DNA from: Gemmatimonadota bacterium | GTDB lineage: Bacteria > JBHIER01 > G020348925 | NCBI GenBank assembly: GCA_020348925.1 | Contig: CP070758.1 | Span: 3,859,688-3,923,687 of the forward strand | Length of the DNA stretch: 64,000 bases | Reading direction: 5' to 3' | In this document: positions 13,965 to 25,305 of the stretch, in pieces | Position numbering within the stretch: the stretch's first letter is position 1 | How the letters are laid out: the number at the start of each line of letters is the position of its first letter | Notes under the pieces: generated by a model | The model's input: only the letters and a program-made list of their open reading frames with translations | Told to the model about the DNA's origin: nothing | The model's database searches: none | Program-made: the position numbers and the translations under genes

Positions 13965-14548
13965 TTCGTCTGCACCTCACGAGAAGTTCTCACAATTCGC
14001 ATGTAGCCCACAAAGTAATCCAGGCCTGACAGAAGAACAAGGATAACGGCAATATACGTGGCTATGGTAGCATGGGGTTGGAGATCAACAACATAGAATA
14101 AAATCATGGCAGCCAACGCTGTCACCGTCGTCTTTCCAAGAAAATTGGACGAAGTGATTAAATCGTTCCTTGTGATCAGACGAAGGGCCAGGAGAAGAAT
14201 AAGAATATCCCTGCTGAAGATGACGAGTGCGGCCCACAGGGGAAAATCCCTCAGCATCAACAAGAAGAGGACACCGCAGCCCACCGAGATTTTGTCGACG
14301 AGGGGATCCAATATGCGGCCGACATTGGTAACTTGGTTCCGCTTGTGTGCAATGTATCCATCCAAAGCATCAAACAGAATCGCCACAAGAATAAGAACAA
14401 TTGCGACGAGGTTCGAACCCAGTGTCTCCTGCCGGAGACAAAAAAAAATGAACGGCAAAAGAATAAGACGGCTCAGAGTGACTAAATTTGGGAGGTAGAA
14501 AACTTCTTTTATGTTCAGTTTTTGCATGGACGCAATGGGTAGTGACAT
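13961..14548 (-). CDS. pgsA: CDP-alcohol phosphatidyltransferase (PgsA-like)
   Basis: LPNLVTLSR and DALDGYIA...GRILDPLVDK signature. Confidence 0.85.
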
Positions 14549-14566
14549 GGCTCTGGAAATACTTTC

Positions 14567-16276
14567 TTACCTCCTTCCCGCTCTTGCAACCAACTCTTCG
14601 GCATGTTTCCGTACAATCGGAGTGACGTCTTTCCCTCCCAACAATCGAGCGATCTCTCCGACTTTCTCCCTTTCGCCCAATTGGGAAATGGCACTGACAG
14701 TTCTCCCCTTATGCACTCTCTTGGCGACGACATAATGCTCCTCTGAGAGACTGGCAATCTGTGGCAGATGCGTAATACAAATAATCTGATGGGTTCCGGC
14801 CAGCTTTTTCAATTTTTTCCCGACCGCCTCCGCTATCTTTCCCCCGATTCCAATATCGATCTCGTCAAAAACCATGGTGGGGACGCCTTCCAGTTTGGCC
14901 AGAGTGGATTTTATCGCGAGCATGATTCTGGAAATCTCACCCCCAGAGGCAATTTTTGCCAATGGTTTCAACTCTTCCCCGACATTGGGAGCGATGAAAA
15001 ACTCCACGTGATCCATACCACGATGATCCGCACTGTATCGATCCCTGTCCAGCTCGACAATACCATGCTCGTCCTCCAGCCATGAAATCCCGATTTCAAA
15101 CCGTATGGCTCTCATCCCCAGATCTTTTAACTCACTCTCCACCAGTTTTTTCAGTCTTTGCGCAGCCAATTTTCGCTTCTGGGAAAGAGTGACACATCTC
15201 CTCCCCAACTCCTCTTTCTTTCGCGCAAGTTCCGATTCGTGCGCGGCAAGCCGATCACCATATCCATCCACCTGAGCCAAACTCTGTTCAAGGAACCGAC
15301 GGTGCTGGACCACCTGTTCCAGTGATCCACCGTATTTCCGCTTGAGACGGCTGAAGGCGCCCAGTCGATCCCGGACCTCTTCCAATCGATCAGGATCATA
15401 TTCGGTTTTTTGCCTATAGGTGAGCAGGAAATCCGACAGCTCCTGTAATTCCTGAAGGGCATCGTCGAAAGATTTCATGTGGTCGGTCAGACGCGTATCA
15501 ATGCGGCTCATGGTTTCGAATGTATTCCGCAGGAGATGTAAACGATCGACAATGGAGTCCTCCGCTTGATGCAACCGATCGAAAATCTCATCCGCAGAGT
15601 GACACAGCTTCTCACTGTTCTCAAGGAGATTTCGTTCGCGCTCCAGGTCCTCCTCTTCCCCCTCCAGGGGATTCACTTCTCGTATCTCCTTCAGCTGAAA
15701 ACGGTAGAGCTCCTCCTGCTGTCTCAATAAAGCCTCTTGTGCCTTAAATTCTTTCACCTGTCGCAATGTGTCTTGGTATGAATCGTACAACTCCGCGATG
15801 TGATTCCGAAGGGAATGCAGGGCACCGAAGGTATCCAGAAAATCGACGTGCGAATCAACATTCAGCAGCGATTGATGTTGGTGTTGCCCGTGAAGGTCAA
15901 CGAGCAGATCGCCCATCTTTTTCAACAGAGACAGTGTGATCGGTCGACCGTTGACAAAAGCTTTGCTTCGGCCATCCACTCCCATCTCCCGGCGCAACGT
16001 AAAACATTCACCGTCCGTTTCGATTCCGGCGGCACGGCACAAGCCTAGCGGTGGAGATTCAGAACCGCAGGTGAAGATACCCTCAACAATCGTCATGTCG
16101 CTCCCCGTCCGGACGGCCTCAATCCTGGCTCGTTCGCCTAAAATCATGCTGAGAGCACCTAGAATGATCGACTTCCCCGCCCCCGTCTCCCCGGTGATGA
16201 CATTGAGACCCCGGCCGAACGTCACCGTCACATCATCGATCAGAGCGAAGTTCTGAACGTGCAGTCTCTGTATCAC
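14567..16276 (-). CDS. recN: DNA repair protein RecN
   Basis: ITGETGAGKS, LHGQHQHQ, ASGGEISR, FDEIDIGIGG and CITHLPQIA motifs. Confidence 0.97.
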   Translation of the reverse strand: MIQRLHVQNFALIDDVTVTFGRGLNVITGETGAGKSIILGALSMILGERARIEAVRTGSDMTIVEGIFTCGSESPPLGLCRAAGIETDGECFTLRREMGVDGRSKAFVNGRPITLSLLKKMGDLLVDLHGQHQHQSLLNVDSHVDFLDTFGALHSLRNHIAELYDSYQDTLRQVKEFKAQEALLRQQEELYRFQLKEIREVNPLEGEEEDLERERNLLENSEKLCHSADEIFDRLHQAEDSIVDRLHLLRNTFETMSRIDTRLTDHMKSFDDALQELQELSDFLLTYRQKTEYDPDRLEEVRDRLGAFSRLKRKYGGSLEQVVQHRRFLEQSLAQVDGYGDRLAAHESELARKKEELGRRCVTLSQKRKLAAQRLKKLVESELKDLGMRAIRFEIGISWLEDEHGIVELDRDRYSADHRGMDHVEFFIAPNVGEELKPLAKIASGGEISRIMLAIKSTLAKLEGVPTMVFDEIDIGIGGKIAEAVGKKLKKLAGTHQIICITHLPQIASLSEEHYVVAKRVHKGRTVSAISQLGEREKVGEIARLLGGKDVTPIVRKHAEELVARAGRR

Positions 16277-17139
16277 CCCTCACGTACCCCCCATTTTAAT
16301 TTTGCCCGCAGAACGTCGTAGTAGGTTCGGCTGCTGGCCCTGACAAGCTTTACTGAGCTGCTCCCCTTTCTGACGATAACGCTATCACCCTGCTGAAGTG
16401 CGTAATTGATCTGGCCGTCAACGGTGAGTTTCACATCGCCCCGGGCCGTTTCAATCGTCACCTCAATGGTCTCATCGCCTGCGACAATCATGGGGCGATT
16501 GGCCAGGACGTGGGGACATATGGGACTGAGAATAATAGCCTCCATCCGAGGATGAACAATCGGCCCACCGACCGAAAGTGAATAGGCCGTGGACCCCGTG
16601 GGAGTTGCAATGATCAAACCATCGGCCGTTGACGTATTCACAAATTTTCCGCCGATGCGGATCGAGAGGTCGAGAATCCGCGGCGACGCCCCTTTATCGA
16701 TGACAATATCATTCAAAGCAACGTAAGCCTTTGCATTAAAGATCGTCTCAAGAGTCATCCGTTCGCTTAAACCGTATCTGCCCGCTTTCACCTTATCAAG
16801 TGTTTGGGGCAGTTCGTCAGGGGTAATGTCCGCCAGAAATCCCAACCCTCCCACCTTGACACCTAAGATAGGCACATTATCGACACCGATGGCCCGGGCT
16901 GCCGCCAATATGGTCCCATCCCCTCCCAGAGCAATCAATGCTTCGATCTTATCATGCAAATCCGGAACGGGGTAACTCTTCTCTTTGTAACCGACGAGGG
17001 GCACAAGTTCTTCCGACAGAGCAAAGGAGAGGTCTCTCTCCTCAATCCACCGAATGAGTTCGGGAACGATCCTCTTCGTCTCATCCTTGTGAGGGTTGGC
17101 CACAATACCAAAGGACGTGATCGGATATCCCTCTTTCAT
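16273..17139 (-). CDS. nadK: NAD kinase
   Basis: LGGDGT, GLGFL, ALND and DGLIIATPTGSTAYSLS motifs. Confidence 0.95.
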   Translation of the reverse strand: MKEGYPITSFGIVANPHKDETKRIVPELIRWIEERDLSFALSEELVPLVGYKEKSYPVPDLHDKIEALIALGGDGTILAAARAIGVDNVPILGVKVGGLGFLADITPDELPQTLDKVKAGRYGLSERMTLETIFNAKAYVALNDIVIDKGASPRILDLSIRIGGKFVNTSTADGLIIATPTGSTAYSLSVGGPIVHPRMEAIILSPICPHVLANRPMIVAGDETIEVTIETARGDVKLTVDGQINYALQQGDSVIVRKGSSSVKLVRASSRTYYDVLRAKLKWGVREG

Positions 17140-19013
17140 CGCTGTAATTCCTGTTTGACGGCCTGCGCAATTCCTTCAGGATCCAACTTCAGCATGTGTA
17201 AGAGCTCTGACCGACCGCCATGATCGATAAACGCATCGGGTAACCCCAGCCGTTTCAGCGAGACCTTGGAATATCCCGCCTCCAGAACGTACTCCAGTAC
17301 GGCGGTTCCAAATCCACCGGTCAGCACGTTCTCCTCAAGTGTAAAAACTGTGTCCGTCTTCCGGCACACATGATCCACACAAGCTCTGTCCAGAGGCTTC
17401 ACGAAGCGCATATTGACAACACCAACGGAATAGCCCTCCTTCTTGAGTTCCTGAGCTGCCTCAAGGGCAGGAGCAACCATGGACCCAATGGCTAAAAAAA
17501 CTGCATCCCGACCCTCTTCGACCACCTCCGACTCTCCAATCGGCAGGGTGCGGAAGGACAAATCCAGGACCACACCGACACCACGACCACGGGGATACCG
17601 AAGAACAATCGGACCATCCTCATAAGCCAAGGCAGTCTTCATCATGTGTTGGAGTTCGTTCTCATCCTTGGGGGCCATAATAATGAGATTGGGGACATGG
17701 CGTAAGTAACTCAAATCGAAAGTCCCGTGATGGGTCGGTCCGTCCTCACCGACAATTCCTGCCCTGTCGAGAGCAAACACAACCGGTAATTTCTGTAAGG
17801 CCACATCATGCACCACCTGATCGTAGGCGCGCTGTAAAAATGTCGAGTAGATGGCGGTTACGGGGCGATACCCACGAGCTGCCAGGCCGGCGGCAAAGGT
17901 AACTGCATGTTGTTCGGCAATTCCCACGTCGAAAAAACGTCTCGGAAATCTCTTCGCAAAACGGTTCATTCCCGTGCCTTCAGACATTGCTGCTGTGATC
18001 CCTACAATACGAGGATCCTCCTCACCGAGCCTGACCAAGGTTCGACCAAAAATCTCGGTATACGTCGGAACAGTCCCCTTGGTCTGAACAGTTCCAGTCA
18101 TCCGCTCAAAAGGACTCACGCCATGAAAGCGAGGCGCATCCTCTTCGGCATACTTATACCCCTTCCCCTTTTTCGTCAGCACGTGAACGAATATGGGACC
18201 GGACAGAGTCCGTATCTGCTTGAGCGTTCTGATGAGCTGGGTGAGATTGTGGCCATCGATAGGGCCGAAATACCGAAACCCCAACTCCTCGAAAAGCATA
18301 CCTGGAACGATGATCCCTTTCAAACCCTCATCAATCCGATGAACAAGTGTCTGGATTCGTTTTCCGACCTTCGACAATTTTCCCGTCAGCTGCCAAATGT
18401 CAGACTTGAGCCGATTATACAGGGGAGCAGAAATGAGATCAGTCATGTATTTCGACAGGGCCCCAACATTTTTCGAGATGGACATTTCGTTGTCATTGAG
18501 AATGACGATGATGTTTTTACCCAGTTCTCCGGCATTGTTCAAGCCTTCAAAGGCCAGTCCGCCACTGAGAGCACCGTCTCCCACGACGGCAATAACAGAA
18601 TAGATCTCACCACCGATGTCACGGGCACACACCATGCCTAAGGCGGACGATATAGAGGTGCTGGCATGGCCTGTGCCATATGGATCGTAGGGGCTTTCAT
18701 TTTTTTTCGGGAATTTGGCCAATCCCTGATATTGCCCCAGCGTCTCAAACTCCTTCCGCCGCCCGGTGATGATTTTATGAGTATACGTCTGATGTCCTAC
18801 ATCCCAGATGATTTTGTCCTGGGGAGCATTAAAGACATAGTGGAGAGCCAGCGTCAGTTCCACGGTGCCCAAGCTCGGGGCCAAATGACCCCCGTTTTTC
18901 GAGACAACCGAGATAATCACATTCCGGATTTCGCCGGCAAGTTTCACCAGTTCTGGTATGCTCAACCTTTTTATATCTTTTGGGGAATTGACGGTTTTCA
19001 GAATATTGCTCAC
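17136..19013 (-). CDS. dxs: 1-deoxy-D-xylulose-5-phosphate synthase
   Basis: GGHLAPSLG, WDVGHQ, GDGALSGG, FDVGIAEQHA and GEDGPTH motifs. Confidence 0.97.
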   Translation of the reverse strand: MSNILKTVNSPKDIKRLSIPELVKLAGEIRNVIISVVSKNGGHLAPSLGTVELTLALHYVFNAPQDKIIWDVGHQTYTHKIITGRRKEFETLGQYQGLAKFPKKNESPYDPYGTGHASTSISSALGMVCARDIGGEIYSVIAVVGDGALSGGLAFEGLNNAGELGKNIIVILNDNEMSISKNVGALSKYMTDLISAPLYNRLKSDIWQLTGKLSKVGKRIQTLVHRIDEGLKGIIVPGMLFEELGFRYFGPIDGHNLTQLIRTLKQIRTLSGPIFVHVLTKKGKGYKYAEEDAPRFHGVSPFERMTGTVQTKGTVPTYTEIFGRTLVRLGEEDPRIVGITAAMSEGTGMNRFAKRFPRRFFDVGIAEQHAVTFAAGLAARGYRPVTAIYSTFLQRAYDQVVHDVALQKLPVVFALDRAGIVGEDGPTHHGTFDLSYLRHVPNLIIMAPKDENELQHMMKTALAYEDGPIVLRYPRGRGVGVVLDLSFRTLPIGESEVVEEGRDAVFLAIGSMVAPALEAAQELKKEGYSVGVVNMRFVKPLDRACVDHVCRKTDTVFTLEENVLTGGFGTAVLEYVLEAGYSKVSLKRLGLPDAFIDHGGRSELLHMLKLDPEGIAQAVKQELQR

Positions 19014-19058
19014 CGAGATTACCTCTCCATTCGATACCTTCTCTATGAGCTCGAGAAT

Positions 19059-19928
19059 CTATCGAGTACGCTGAATTACAAAATCGGCTAACGCTTTGAG
19101 AATATATGCGGATGTACCCAACATATCAAGCTCTTTTTTAGCCTTCTCTATGAACCGTTGTGCTTCGAGCCTCGAATGTTCGAGGCCAAAAAGAGCCGGA
19201 TAGGTGGCCTTCTTCTTTTTCTCATCAGTGCCGGTACTTTTACCCAAGGTGTCCGTTTCGCCCTCGAGATTGAGAATATCGTCGACAATTTGAAAAGCCA
19301 ATCCCAAATCCTTGCCAAATCGAGTAACCGATGTGAGTTCTTGTATACCGGCCCCGGCGAGGATGGCTCCAATACGAGCAGCAACAGTGATGAGTGCTCC
19401 CGTCTTTTGGGAATGTATATATTCCACATCTTTGGATGAAAAAGGTTTTCCCTCAGTCTCAATATCGACGACCTGACCTCCGACCATGCCCTGCGCACCA
19501 ATGGCCTTCGCCACTTCGTGAATGATATCCGAACGACCTGTTGACGCCAAAAGTTCAAAAGCGAGGGCGCTGAGCGCATCCCCGGCCAAAACGGCGATGG
19601 ATTCATCGAAGGCTTTATGCAGGGTCGGCTTTCCACGCCTCCAGGCATCATCATCCATGCACGGCAAATCGTCGTGGATGAGGGAATAGGTGTGAATCAG
19701 CTCGAGAGCACACGCGGCGCGCAAAATATCCCCATCACCCTCACCGCCCAATAGTTCGAATGTTGCAACGGTCAGAATTGGGCGAAATCGCTTGCCAGTG
19801 CCCATCACACTGTACCTCATCGCCTGGTGGATCGAACAGGGATAGACATCGGGCTGAGGTAAAAAGCAATCCAGGGCTTCATCAATAACTTTCTTTTTTT
19901 TCAACAGATATTGTTTGACATCCATCAT
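19059..19928 (-). CDS. ispA: farnesyl diphosphate synthase
   Basis: GKRFRP, SLIHDDLPCMDDDAWRRG and FQIVDD motifs. Start at MMDVK inferred. Confidence 0.93.
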   Translation of the reverse strand: MMDVKQYLLKKKKVIDEALDCFLPQPDVYPCSIHQAMRYSVMGTGKRFRPILTVATFELLGGEGDGDILRAACALELIHTYSLIHDDLPCMDDDAWRRGKPTLHKAFDESIAVLAGDALSALAFELLASTGRSDIIHEVAKAIGAQGMVGGQVVDIETEGKPFSSKDVEYIHSQKTGALITVAARIGAILAGAGIQELTSVTRFGKDLGLAFQIVDDILNLEGETDTLGKSTGTDEKKKKATYPALFGLEHSRLEAQRFIEKAKKELDMLGTSAYILKALADFVIQRTR

Positions 19929-19942
19929 CTCTGCTCGACGAA

Positions 19943-20167
19943 TCACGTCTTGTCCAGCGGCTCTGTTTGAAACGTTCCATCTTTCCCGCGATGGAACAAC
20001 TGCAGCTTCTCCTTGGCCGCCGTCAGTTTTTGGGCACACGTTCGGGACATCTCCATCCCCTCTTCAAAGAGTTTGAGCGAATCCTCCAGGGACAGATCCC
20101 CCTTTTCCAACTCTCGAACAATCTCCTCCAATCGTTTCAACGCCATTTCAAATTCGCTTGTCGCCAT
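19943..20167 (-). CDS. xseB: exodeoxyribonuclease VII small subunit
   Basis: FEMALKRLEEIVRELEKGDLSLEDSLKLFEEG; lies between xseA and ispA. Confidence 0.95.
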   Translation of the reverse strand: MATSEFEMALKRLEEIVRELEKGDLSLEDSLKLFEEGMEMSRTCAQKLTAAKEKLQLFHRGKDGTFQTEPLDKT

Positions 20168-20172
20168 GTCGA

Positions 20173-21378
20173 TCACTCCGCCCCCACAGCTTCCACTCGA
20201 GCCTGGACTGTACCTCGATGGAACATCACTTCAACTTGATCATCGATGTTTAAGGTGCCGGCCTCCCTGATGATGACGCTCCCCGGTATTGTTCTGCAGA
20301 TACTGTACCCGCGCCGCAACACACTCAGAGGATTCAACCCCTCAAGCTTATCCCTCTGAAGAACAAGAGCATGTTCCTTCTCTTTCATAAAATAATCCAC
20401 ATGCACCGAGAGATCTTTGACCAATTCATCACACCTCTGTTCATAGTGTTCAATCATGTCGAACGGTCGCCTCAAACCGTAGCTGAGTCTGAACGATTCG
20501 ATCCGATCTTCCCACGATGCAATTTTTCTCTCCATAAGTTCCTTCAGATGTGCGGCACGAACCCGCACATTTTCAACAAGCTGGTTTCGATCTGGAACCA
20601 CCATCTCTGCAGCGGCGGATGGTGTCGGAGCTCTCACATCCGCAACGAAGTCCGCGATGGTGACATCGACTTCATGACCCACTGCAGACACAACGGGTAT
20701 CTCCGAATCGAAGATTGCTCTTGCTACGCTTTCTTCGTTGAAGGCCCACAGATCCTCCAGGGAACCACCCCCTCTGGTTACGATAATCACATCGACTTTC
20801 CCATAACTGTTGAAAGCATTGATGGCCTGTGCAATCTCTTCAGCAGCTCCCTCACCCTGAACCTTCACAGGATTCAGAACAAGTTGTGTTCCCGGGAGGC
20901 GCCTGTGAATGATCTCAACGACATCCCGGAGAGCAGCCCCGGTGTGTGAGGAGACTATACCGTCACGTGTGGGATACTGGGGAAGAGGCTTCTTTCGTTC
21001 CTCGGCGAACAATCCCTCCTGAAGCAACTTCGCCTTTAACCGTTCGAAGGCCATTTGAAGCTCGCCGATTCCCATGGGTTGCATCTGTCGTACCCTCAAT
21101 TGATAGTGACCAGCCCGTTCGTAAACGGAAACATCCCCCTGCGCCAGCAACTTCATCCCATTCTGAGGAGTAAAAAAGAGGCGCACAGCATCCTCCCTCC
21201 ACATGACACCCTTGATCTGGCACTCCTCATCTTTCAGGGTAAAATACATATGACCGGACGTATGATGGGTGAAGTTTGAAAGTTCTCCCCGGATCCAGAC
21301 GGTAGGAATACTCGTCTCCAACAGATATCTGATCTTTCTCGTAATTTCAGTAACACTGTAAATATCAGCGGAACACAT
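20173..21378 (-). CDS. xseA: exodeoxyribonuclease VII large subunit
   Basis: SGHMYFTLKD, RGGGSLEDLWAFN, SAVGHEVD and APTPSAAAE motifs. Confidence 0.96.
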   Translation of the reverse strand: MCSADIYSVTEITRKIRYLLETSIPTVWIRGELSNFTHHTSGHMYFTLKDEECQIKGVMWREDAVRLFFTPQNGMKLLAQGDVSVYERAGHYQLRVRQMQPMGIGELQMAFERLKAKLLQEGLFAEERKKPLPQYPTRDGIVSSHTGAALRDVVEIIHRRLPGTQLVLNPVKVQGEGAAEEIAQAINAFNSYGKVDVIIVTRGGGSLEDLWAFNEESVARAIFDSEIPVVSAVGHEVDVTIADFVADVRAPTPSAAAEMVVPDRNQLVENVRVRAAHLKELMERKIASWEDRIESFRLSYGLRRPFDMIEHYEQRCDELVKDLSVHVDYFMKEKEHALVLQRDKLEGLNPLSVLRRGYSICRTIPGSVIIREAGTLNIDDQVEVMFHRGTVQARVEAVGAE

Positions 21379-21381
21379 CTT

Positions 21382-22893
21382 TTACGATCGTATGTTTCGT
21401 GTTGTCTTAAAATGCACTTTGGCAACTTTGGATAAGACGTTCGGTCCATGTTTCTTTACGCATTTTTTCCCATCCTCGACCACCTTCGTTGCTCCTTTCG
21501 GAAAAGCAATACCCCACTTGCTGGATAATTTTTCCAAACGACTTAGGAATTCGGCCCGAGCCAAGAGAGATGCGGCGGCCACGGCGATATCATCCTCTGC
21601 CTTCGTCTTCTGTTCCAGTTTGATCTCCTTTCCCCTCTTCAGCAAGGCATCCAAGATGAATCGCTCATCGCCAAATTGATCGGATAACGCCCTTGCACAG
21701 GATACTTTTCCAAGAAGATTCTCGATGGCTCGCGCGTGTCCCCAGGCTAAAATTCTGTTCAGATTTTTCATCTTCTCGTACAGGGTATTATATTTTTCAG
21801 GGCCGATGGCAACAACATTCCAAGGACATATTTTCTTGATTTCGGTGGCCAAGCTTTTCACTCGAGTATCCGACACTCGCTTCGAGTCCCGGATGTTCAA
21901 GAGACGGAGTTTCGCTTCCGTTTCACGATTGACATACACACCAGCCACGACAAGCGGTCCAAAGTAGTCTCCTTTGCCGGCCTCATCAGTTCCAATCCAT
22001 CCCTGTTCCTCTTCTTTTCGAAAGAACCGGGCGGCTTGAACGGTGTTACTCAACAGCATCGTAATCGTCATCGGTCCCACCCCACCGGGAACAGGCGTAA
22101 TGGCTGCAGCCACTTCTCGGGCCGATGCAAAATGAACATCCCCTGCAAGTCGATACCCTTTGTCCGAGGAAGCATCTTCGACCCGATTGACCCCGACATC
22201 GATGACAACAGCTCCTGGTCTGATCATATCCCCCGTTACAAATTCAGGCCGACCGGCAGCCACGATAAGGATATCCGCCTGCCTCGTGAATGCACGAATA
22301 TCTGATGTTCCTGTGTGGCAAATTGTTACGGTTGCATTGGCCCCTTCTTTTTTTTGAATTAAGATATTGGCCATGGGCTTCCCGACAATATTGCTGCGCC
22401 CCACAATGACGATATGCTTCCCCTCAGGTGTGTATCCGCTTCGGATCAGGAGCTGCTGAATCCCGGCGGGCGTGGCTGGGAGCAAAAACGGATTCCCCGC
22501 GACGAGTCTGCCGATGTTCACCGGGTGAAAGCCATCGACATCCTTCTCCGGTGAGAGAGCCATAAGTACCTGCTCTTCATCCAAATGATCGGGAAGAGGC
22601 AGTTGGACGAGAATACCGTGGATGTTCGGATCATTATTAAATTGTTCGATGCGTTGCAACAGTTCGGACTGACTGGTTTCCCTGCCCAGCCTTTCTGTCA
22701 CAGAATAGAATCCCATTTCGACACAGGCCTTCTCCTTCATCCGGACATAAATGCGAGAAGCGGGATCATCGCCGACGAGAATCACCGCCAGACCGGGGAC
22801 AATGCCCTGTTTCTTCAAGTCCGCCACCTGTTTTCGCAATTCCTCTCGGATCTCTGAACCAATACGCCGTCCATCGATAAGGTTTGCCGCCAT
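21382..22893 (-). CDS. folD: bifunctional FolD fused to RNase HIII (RnhC) catalytic domain
   Basis: aa 1-~290 FolD (GILVQLPLP, KDVDGFHP, GRSNIVGKP, TPVPGGVGPMT). aa ~298-503 RNase HIII (IGTDEAGKGDYFGPLVVA, RDSK, DQF, VAAASLLAR, AKVHFKT). Confidence 0.92.
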   Translation of the reverse strand: MAANLIDGRRIGSEIREELRKQVADLKKQGIVPGLAVILVGDDPASRIYVRMKEKACVEMGFYSVTERLGRETSQSELLQRIEQFNNDPNIHGILVQLPLPDHLDEEQVLMALSPEKDVDGFHPVNIGRLVAGNPFLLPATPAGIQQLLIRSGYTPEGKHIVIVGRSNIVGKPMANILIQKKEGANATVTICHTGTSDIRAFTRQADILIVAAGRPEFVTGDMIRPGAVVIDVGVNRVEDASSDKGYRLAGDVHFASAREVAAAITPVPGGVGPMTITMLLSNTVQAARFFRKEEEQGWIGTDEAGKGDYFGPLVVAGVYVNRETEAKLRLLNIRDSKRVSDTRVKSLATEIKKICPWNVVAIGPEKYNTLYEKMKNLNRILAWGHARAIENLLGKVSCARALSDQFGDERFILDALLKRGKEIKLEQKTKAEDDIAVAAASLLARAEFLSRLEKLSSKWGIAFPKGATKVVEDGKKCVKKHGPNVLSKVAKVHFKTTRNIRS

Positions 22894-22895
22894 GA

Positions 22896-23720
22896 TTACT
22901 CTTCCTCCTTATTCTGAAGATCCAACATGAGCCGCTGAATGTGAAGCGCCTTTCCCGTCTGGGCCTCCACCGTAATCACGACTCCGCAGAATTTCAAATT
23001 TCCATCGGCTGGGCTGAATCGCGCCGGCATCTGGGTGAGAAATCGATTCAATACAACGTCTGTCTGAATGCCGATAATAGAATCGTGCGGTCCCGTCATG
23101 CCGACATCCGTGATGTACGCCGTTCCCCCGGGGAGAATACGCTCGTCAGCGGTCTGCACGTGCGTGTGTGTGCCGATCACGGCGCTGACCTTTCCATCGA
23201 GGTACCAGCCCATGGCCATCTTTTCCGATGTGGCCTCCGCGTGAAAATCAACGAAGACGATCCGCGTCACTTGATGCAGTTCTTCGACATGCTTCACGGC
23301 GACACGAAAAGGACAGTCGAGTTCCCGCATAAAAACCCTTCCCTGCAAATTGAGCACGCCGACCGGGAATCCATTGCCAAGATGAAAAATGAGCGATCCG
23401 GAGCCTATGGTCCCAGGGGGATAATTGGCTGGGCGGAGTATCGCAGAACTGTTTTGCATGAAGGGCAGTATCTCCTTGCGATCCCACACATGATTCCCCG
23501 AGGTAAGAATATCGATACCATAAGTGAAGAGTGCCTGGGCGACTTTGACCGTAATCCCCTTTCCCGCCGACGCATTTTCGCAATTTGCCACACACACATC
23601 GACAGCAAACTCCCTGCGGAGGGCGGGAACCATCTCGGCGACAACGCGACGCCCAGGTTTTCCGACGATATCAGCAATGAAAAGACAGTTCACGGTACCC
23701 GTGTTACTTGGCGTATTCAA
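22896..23720 (-). CDS. ymdB: YmdB-family metallophosphoesterase (TIGR00282-like)
   Basis: [37 protein letters not shown] and TDVGMTG motifs; follows rny. Confidence 0.93.
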   Translation of the reverse strand: MNTPSNTGTVNCLFIADIVGKPGRRVVAEMVPALRREFAVDVCVANCENASAGKGITVKVAQALFTYGIDILTSGNHVWDRKEILPFMQNSSAILRPANYPPGTIGSGSLIFHLGNGFPVGVLNLQGRVFMRELDCPFRVAVKHVEELHQVTRIVFVDFHAEATSEKMAMGWYLDGKVSAVIGTHTHVQTADERILPGGTAYITDVGMTGPHDSIIGIQTDVVLNRFLTQMPARFSPADGNLKFCGVVITVEAQTGKALHIQRLMLDLQNKEEE

Positions 23721-25269
23721 CGGCGCGGGTCTCCCGTATTACTGTGACCTTGATTTGTCCCGGGTATTCCATTTCCGATTGGATTTTCCCAGCGATATCC
23801 TCCGCCAATTGAGCTGCTTGGGCGTCATCAAGCTTGTCATGCTGAACCATGACACGGATCTCCCGCCCAGCTTGAATGGCGTAAGCTTTTTCAACACCGC
23901 TGAAGGAATCAGCAAGTTCCTCCAACTGCTCCAGACGTTTAATATAGGCTTCCAATGTCTCGCGCCTGGCTCCGGGCCGGGACCCTGAAATGGCATCCGC
24001 CGCACCGACCAACACGGCGATAAGCGATTCCGGTTCAGCGTCTTCATGGTGTGCCATAATTGCGTTGAGAATGATGGAATTCTCATTATATTTCTTTGCA
24101 ATTTGAAAACCTATACTGGTGTGTGTCCCCTCAACATTATGATCCAAGGCTTTTCCGATATCGTGGAGGAGCCCGGCTCGCTTCGCGACATTCACATCCA
24201 ACTCAAGTTCCGCCGCCATGAGGCCTGCAAGGTAGGCAACTTCTTTGCTGTGTTGTAAAACATTTTGCCCGTAGCTCGTTCGGTACTTCAACCTTCCTAA
24301 GAGTCTCACAAGGTCGGTGTGGAGTCCGTGGATGCCGACATCGTAGCAGGTCTGCTCTCCGGCCTCAAAAATATCTTCTTCGACCTCCTGTTTCGCCTTC
24401 GTTACAATTTCCTCAATGCGTCCAGGATGGATACGCCCATCGATGATCAATTTTTCCAAGGCGATCCGTGCGGCCTCGCGTCGAATCGGATCAAACCCGG
24501 AAAGAATGACAGCCTCAGGGGTATCATCAACGATCACATCGATCCCCGTTGCTATTTCGAAAGAACGGATATTTCGCCCTTCACGGCCGATGATACGACC
24601 TTTCATCTCATCGTTCGGCAATGAGACGACCGACACAGTCGTCTCGACCGTATGCTCGGCGGCACATCGTTGAATCGCAGAACTGATAACTTCCTTCGCC
24701 TCTTTCATCGCCGTCTGTTGCGCTCGATCTTTAATCTCTTTAATCATCTGGGCCGCTTCTTGCTTGGCTTTCGACTCCAGATTCGCCATAAGAAGTTTTT
24801 TGGCTTCCTGGGTCGTAAGTCCGGCAATGCGTTCCAATTTCACGTTCTGTTCCCGAATAAGTCGTGACAGTTGTTCATCCTTGGCTCGCAGCGCTTTCTC
24901 CTTCTGATGCAACGAGTGCTCTTTGTCCTTTGTCTCGCGCTCCTTTTTACTTAAAATGTCGACCTTGCGATCAAGATTCATCTCCCGTTCTGCCGTCTTC
25001 TTCTCCATCCGCTGTATTTCTAACTGTCGAGCCTGTGTCTCCTTTTCAAATCGTACCTTGGCCTTGTACCATTCATCCTTGGCTTCCAACATGGCGGCCT
25101 TTTTCTGGGTCTCCGCCTCTTTCTGCGCATCGGCAATGATCTTCTCAGCAAATTTTTCGGCATTCACAATCTTGCTTTGACCGATCTTGTAACTGGCAAT
25201 CCAGCCGGCGAAAAAGAAAAGAAGAGCCCCAAGACCTGCAAAGATAATCAAAAAGTAATTTATATCCAT
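23704..25269 (-). CDS. rny: ribonuclease Y
   Basis: N-terminal TM, coiled coil, KH domain ([13 protein letters not shown]) and HD domain (LLHDIGK). Confidence 0.97.
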   Translation of the reverse strand: MDINYFLIIFAGLGALLFFFAGWIASYKIGQSKIVNAEKFAEKIIADAQKEAETQKKAAMLEAKDEWYKAKVRFEKETQARQLEIQRMEKKTAEREMNLDRKVDILSKKERETKDKEHSLHQKEKALRAKDEQLSRLIREQNVKLERIAGLTTQEAKKLLMANLESKAKQEAAQMIKEIKDRAQQTAMKEAKEVISSAIQRCAAEHTVETTVSVVSLPNDEMKGRIIGREGRNIRSFEIATGIDVIVDDTPEAVILSGFDPIRREAARIALEKLIIDGRIHPGRIEEIVTKAKQEVEEDIFEAGEQTCYDVGIHGLHTDLVRLLGRLKYRTSYGQNVLQHSKEVAYLAGLMAAELELDVNVAKRAGLLHDIGKALDHNVEGTHTSIGFQIAKKYNENSIILNAIMAHHEDAEPESLIAVLVGAADAISGSRPGARRETLEAYIKRLEQLEELADSFSGVEKAYAIQAGREIRVMVQHDKLDDAQAAQLAEDIAGKIQSEMEYPGQIKVTVIRETRAVEYAK

Positions 25270-25305
25270 TTCAGATTCCTCCTCAACATCCTAAAAGTAA
25301 GTTAT

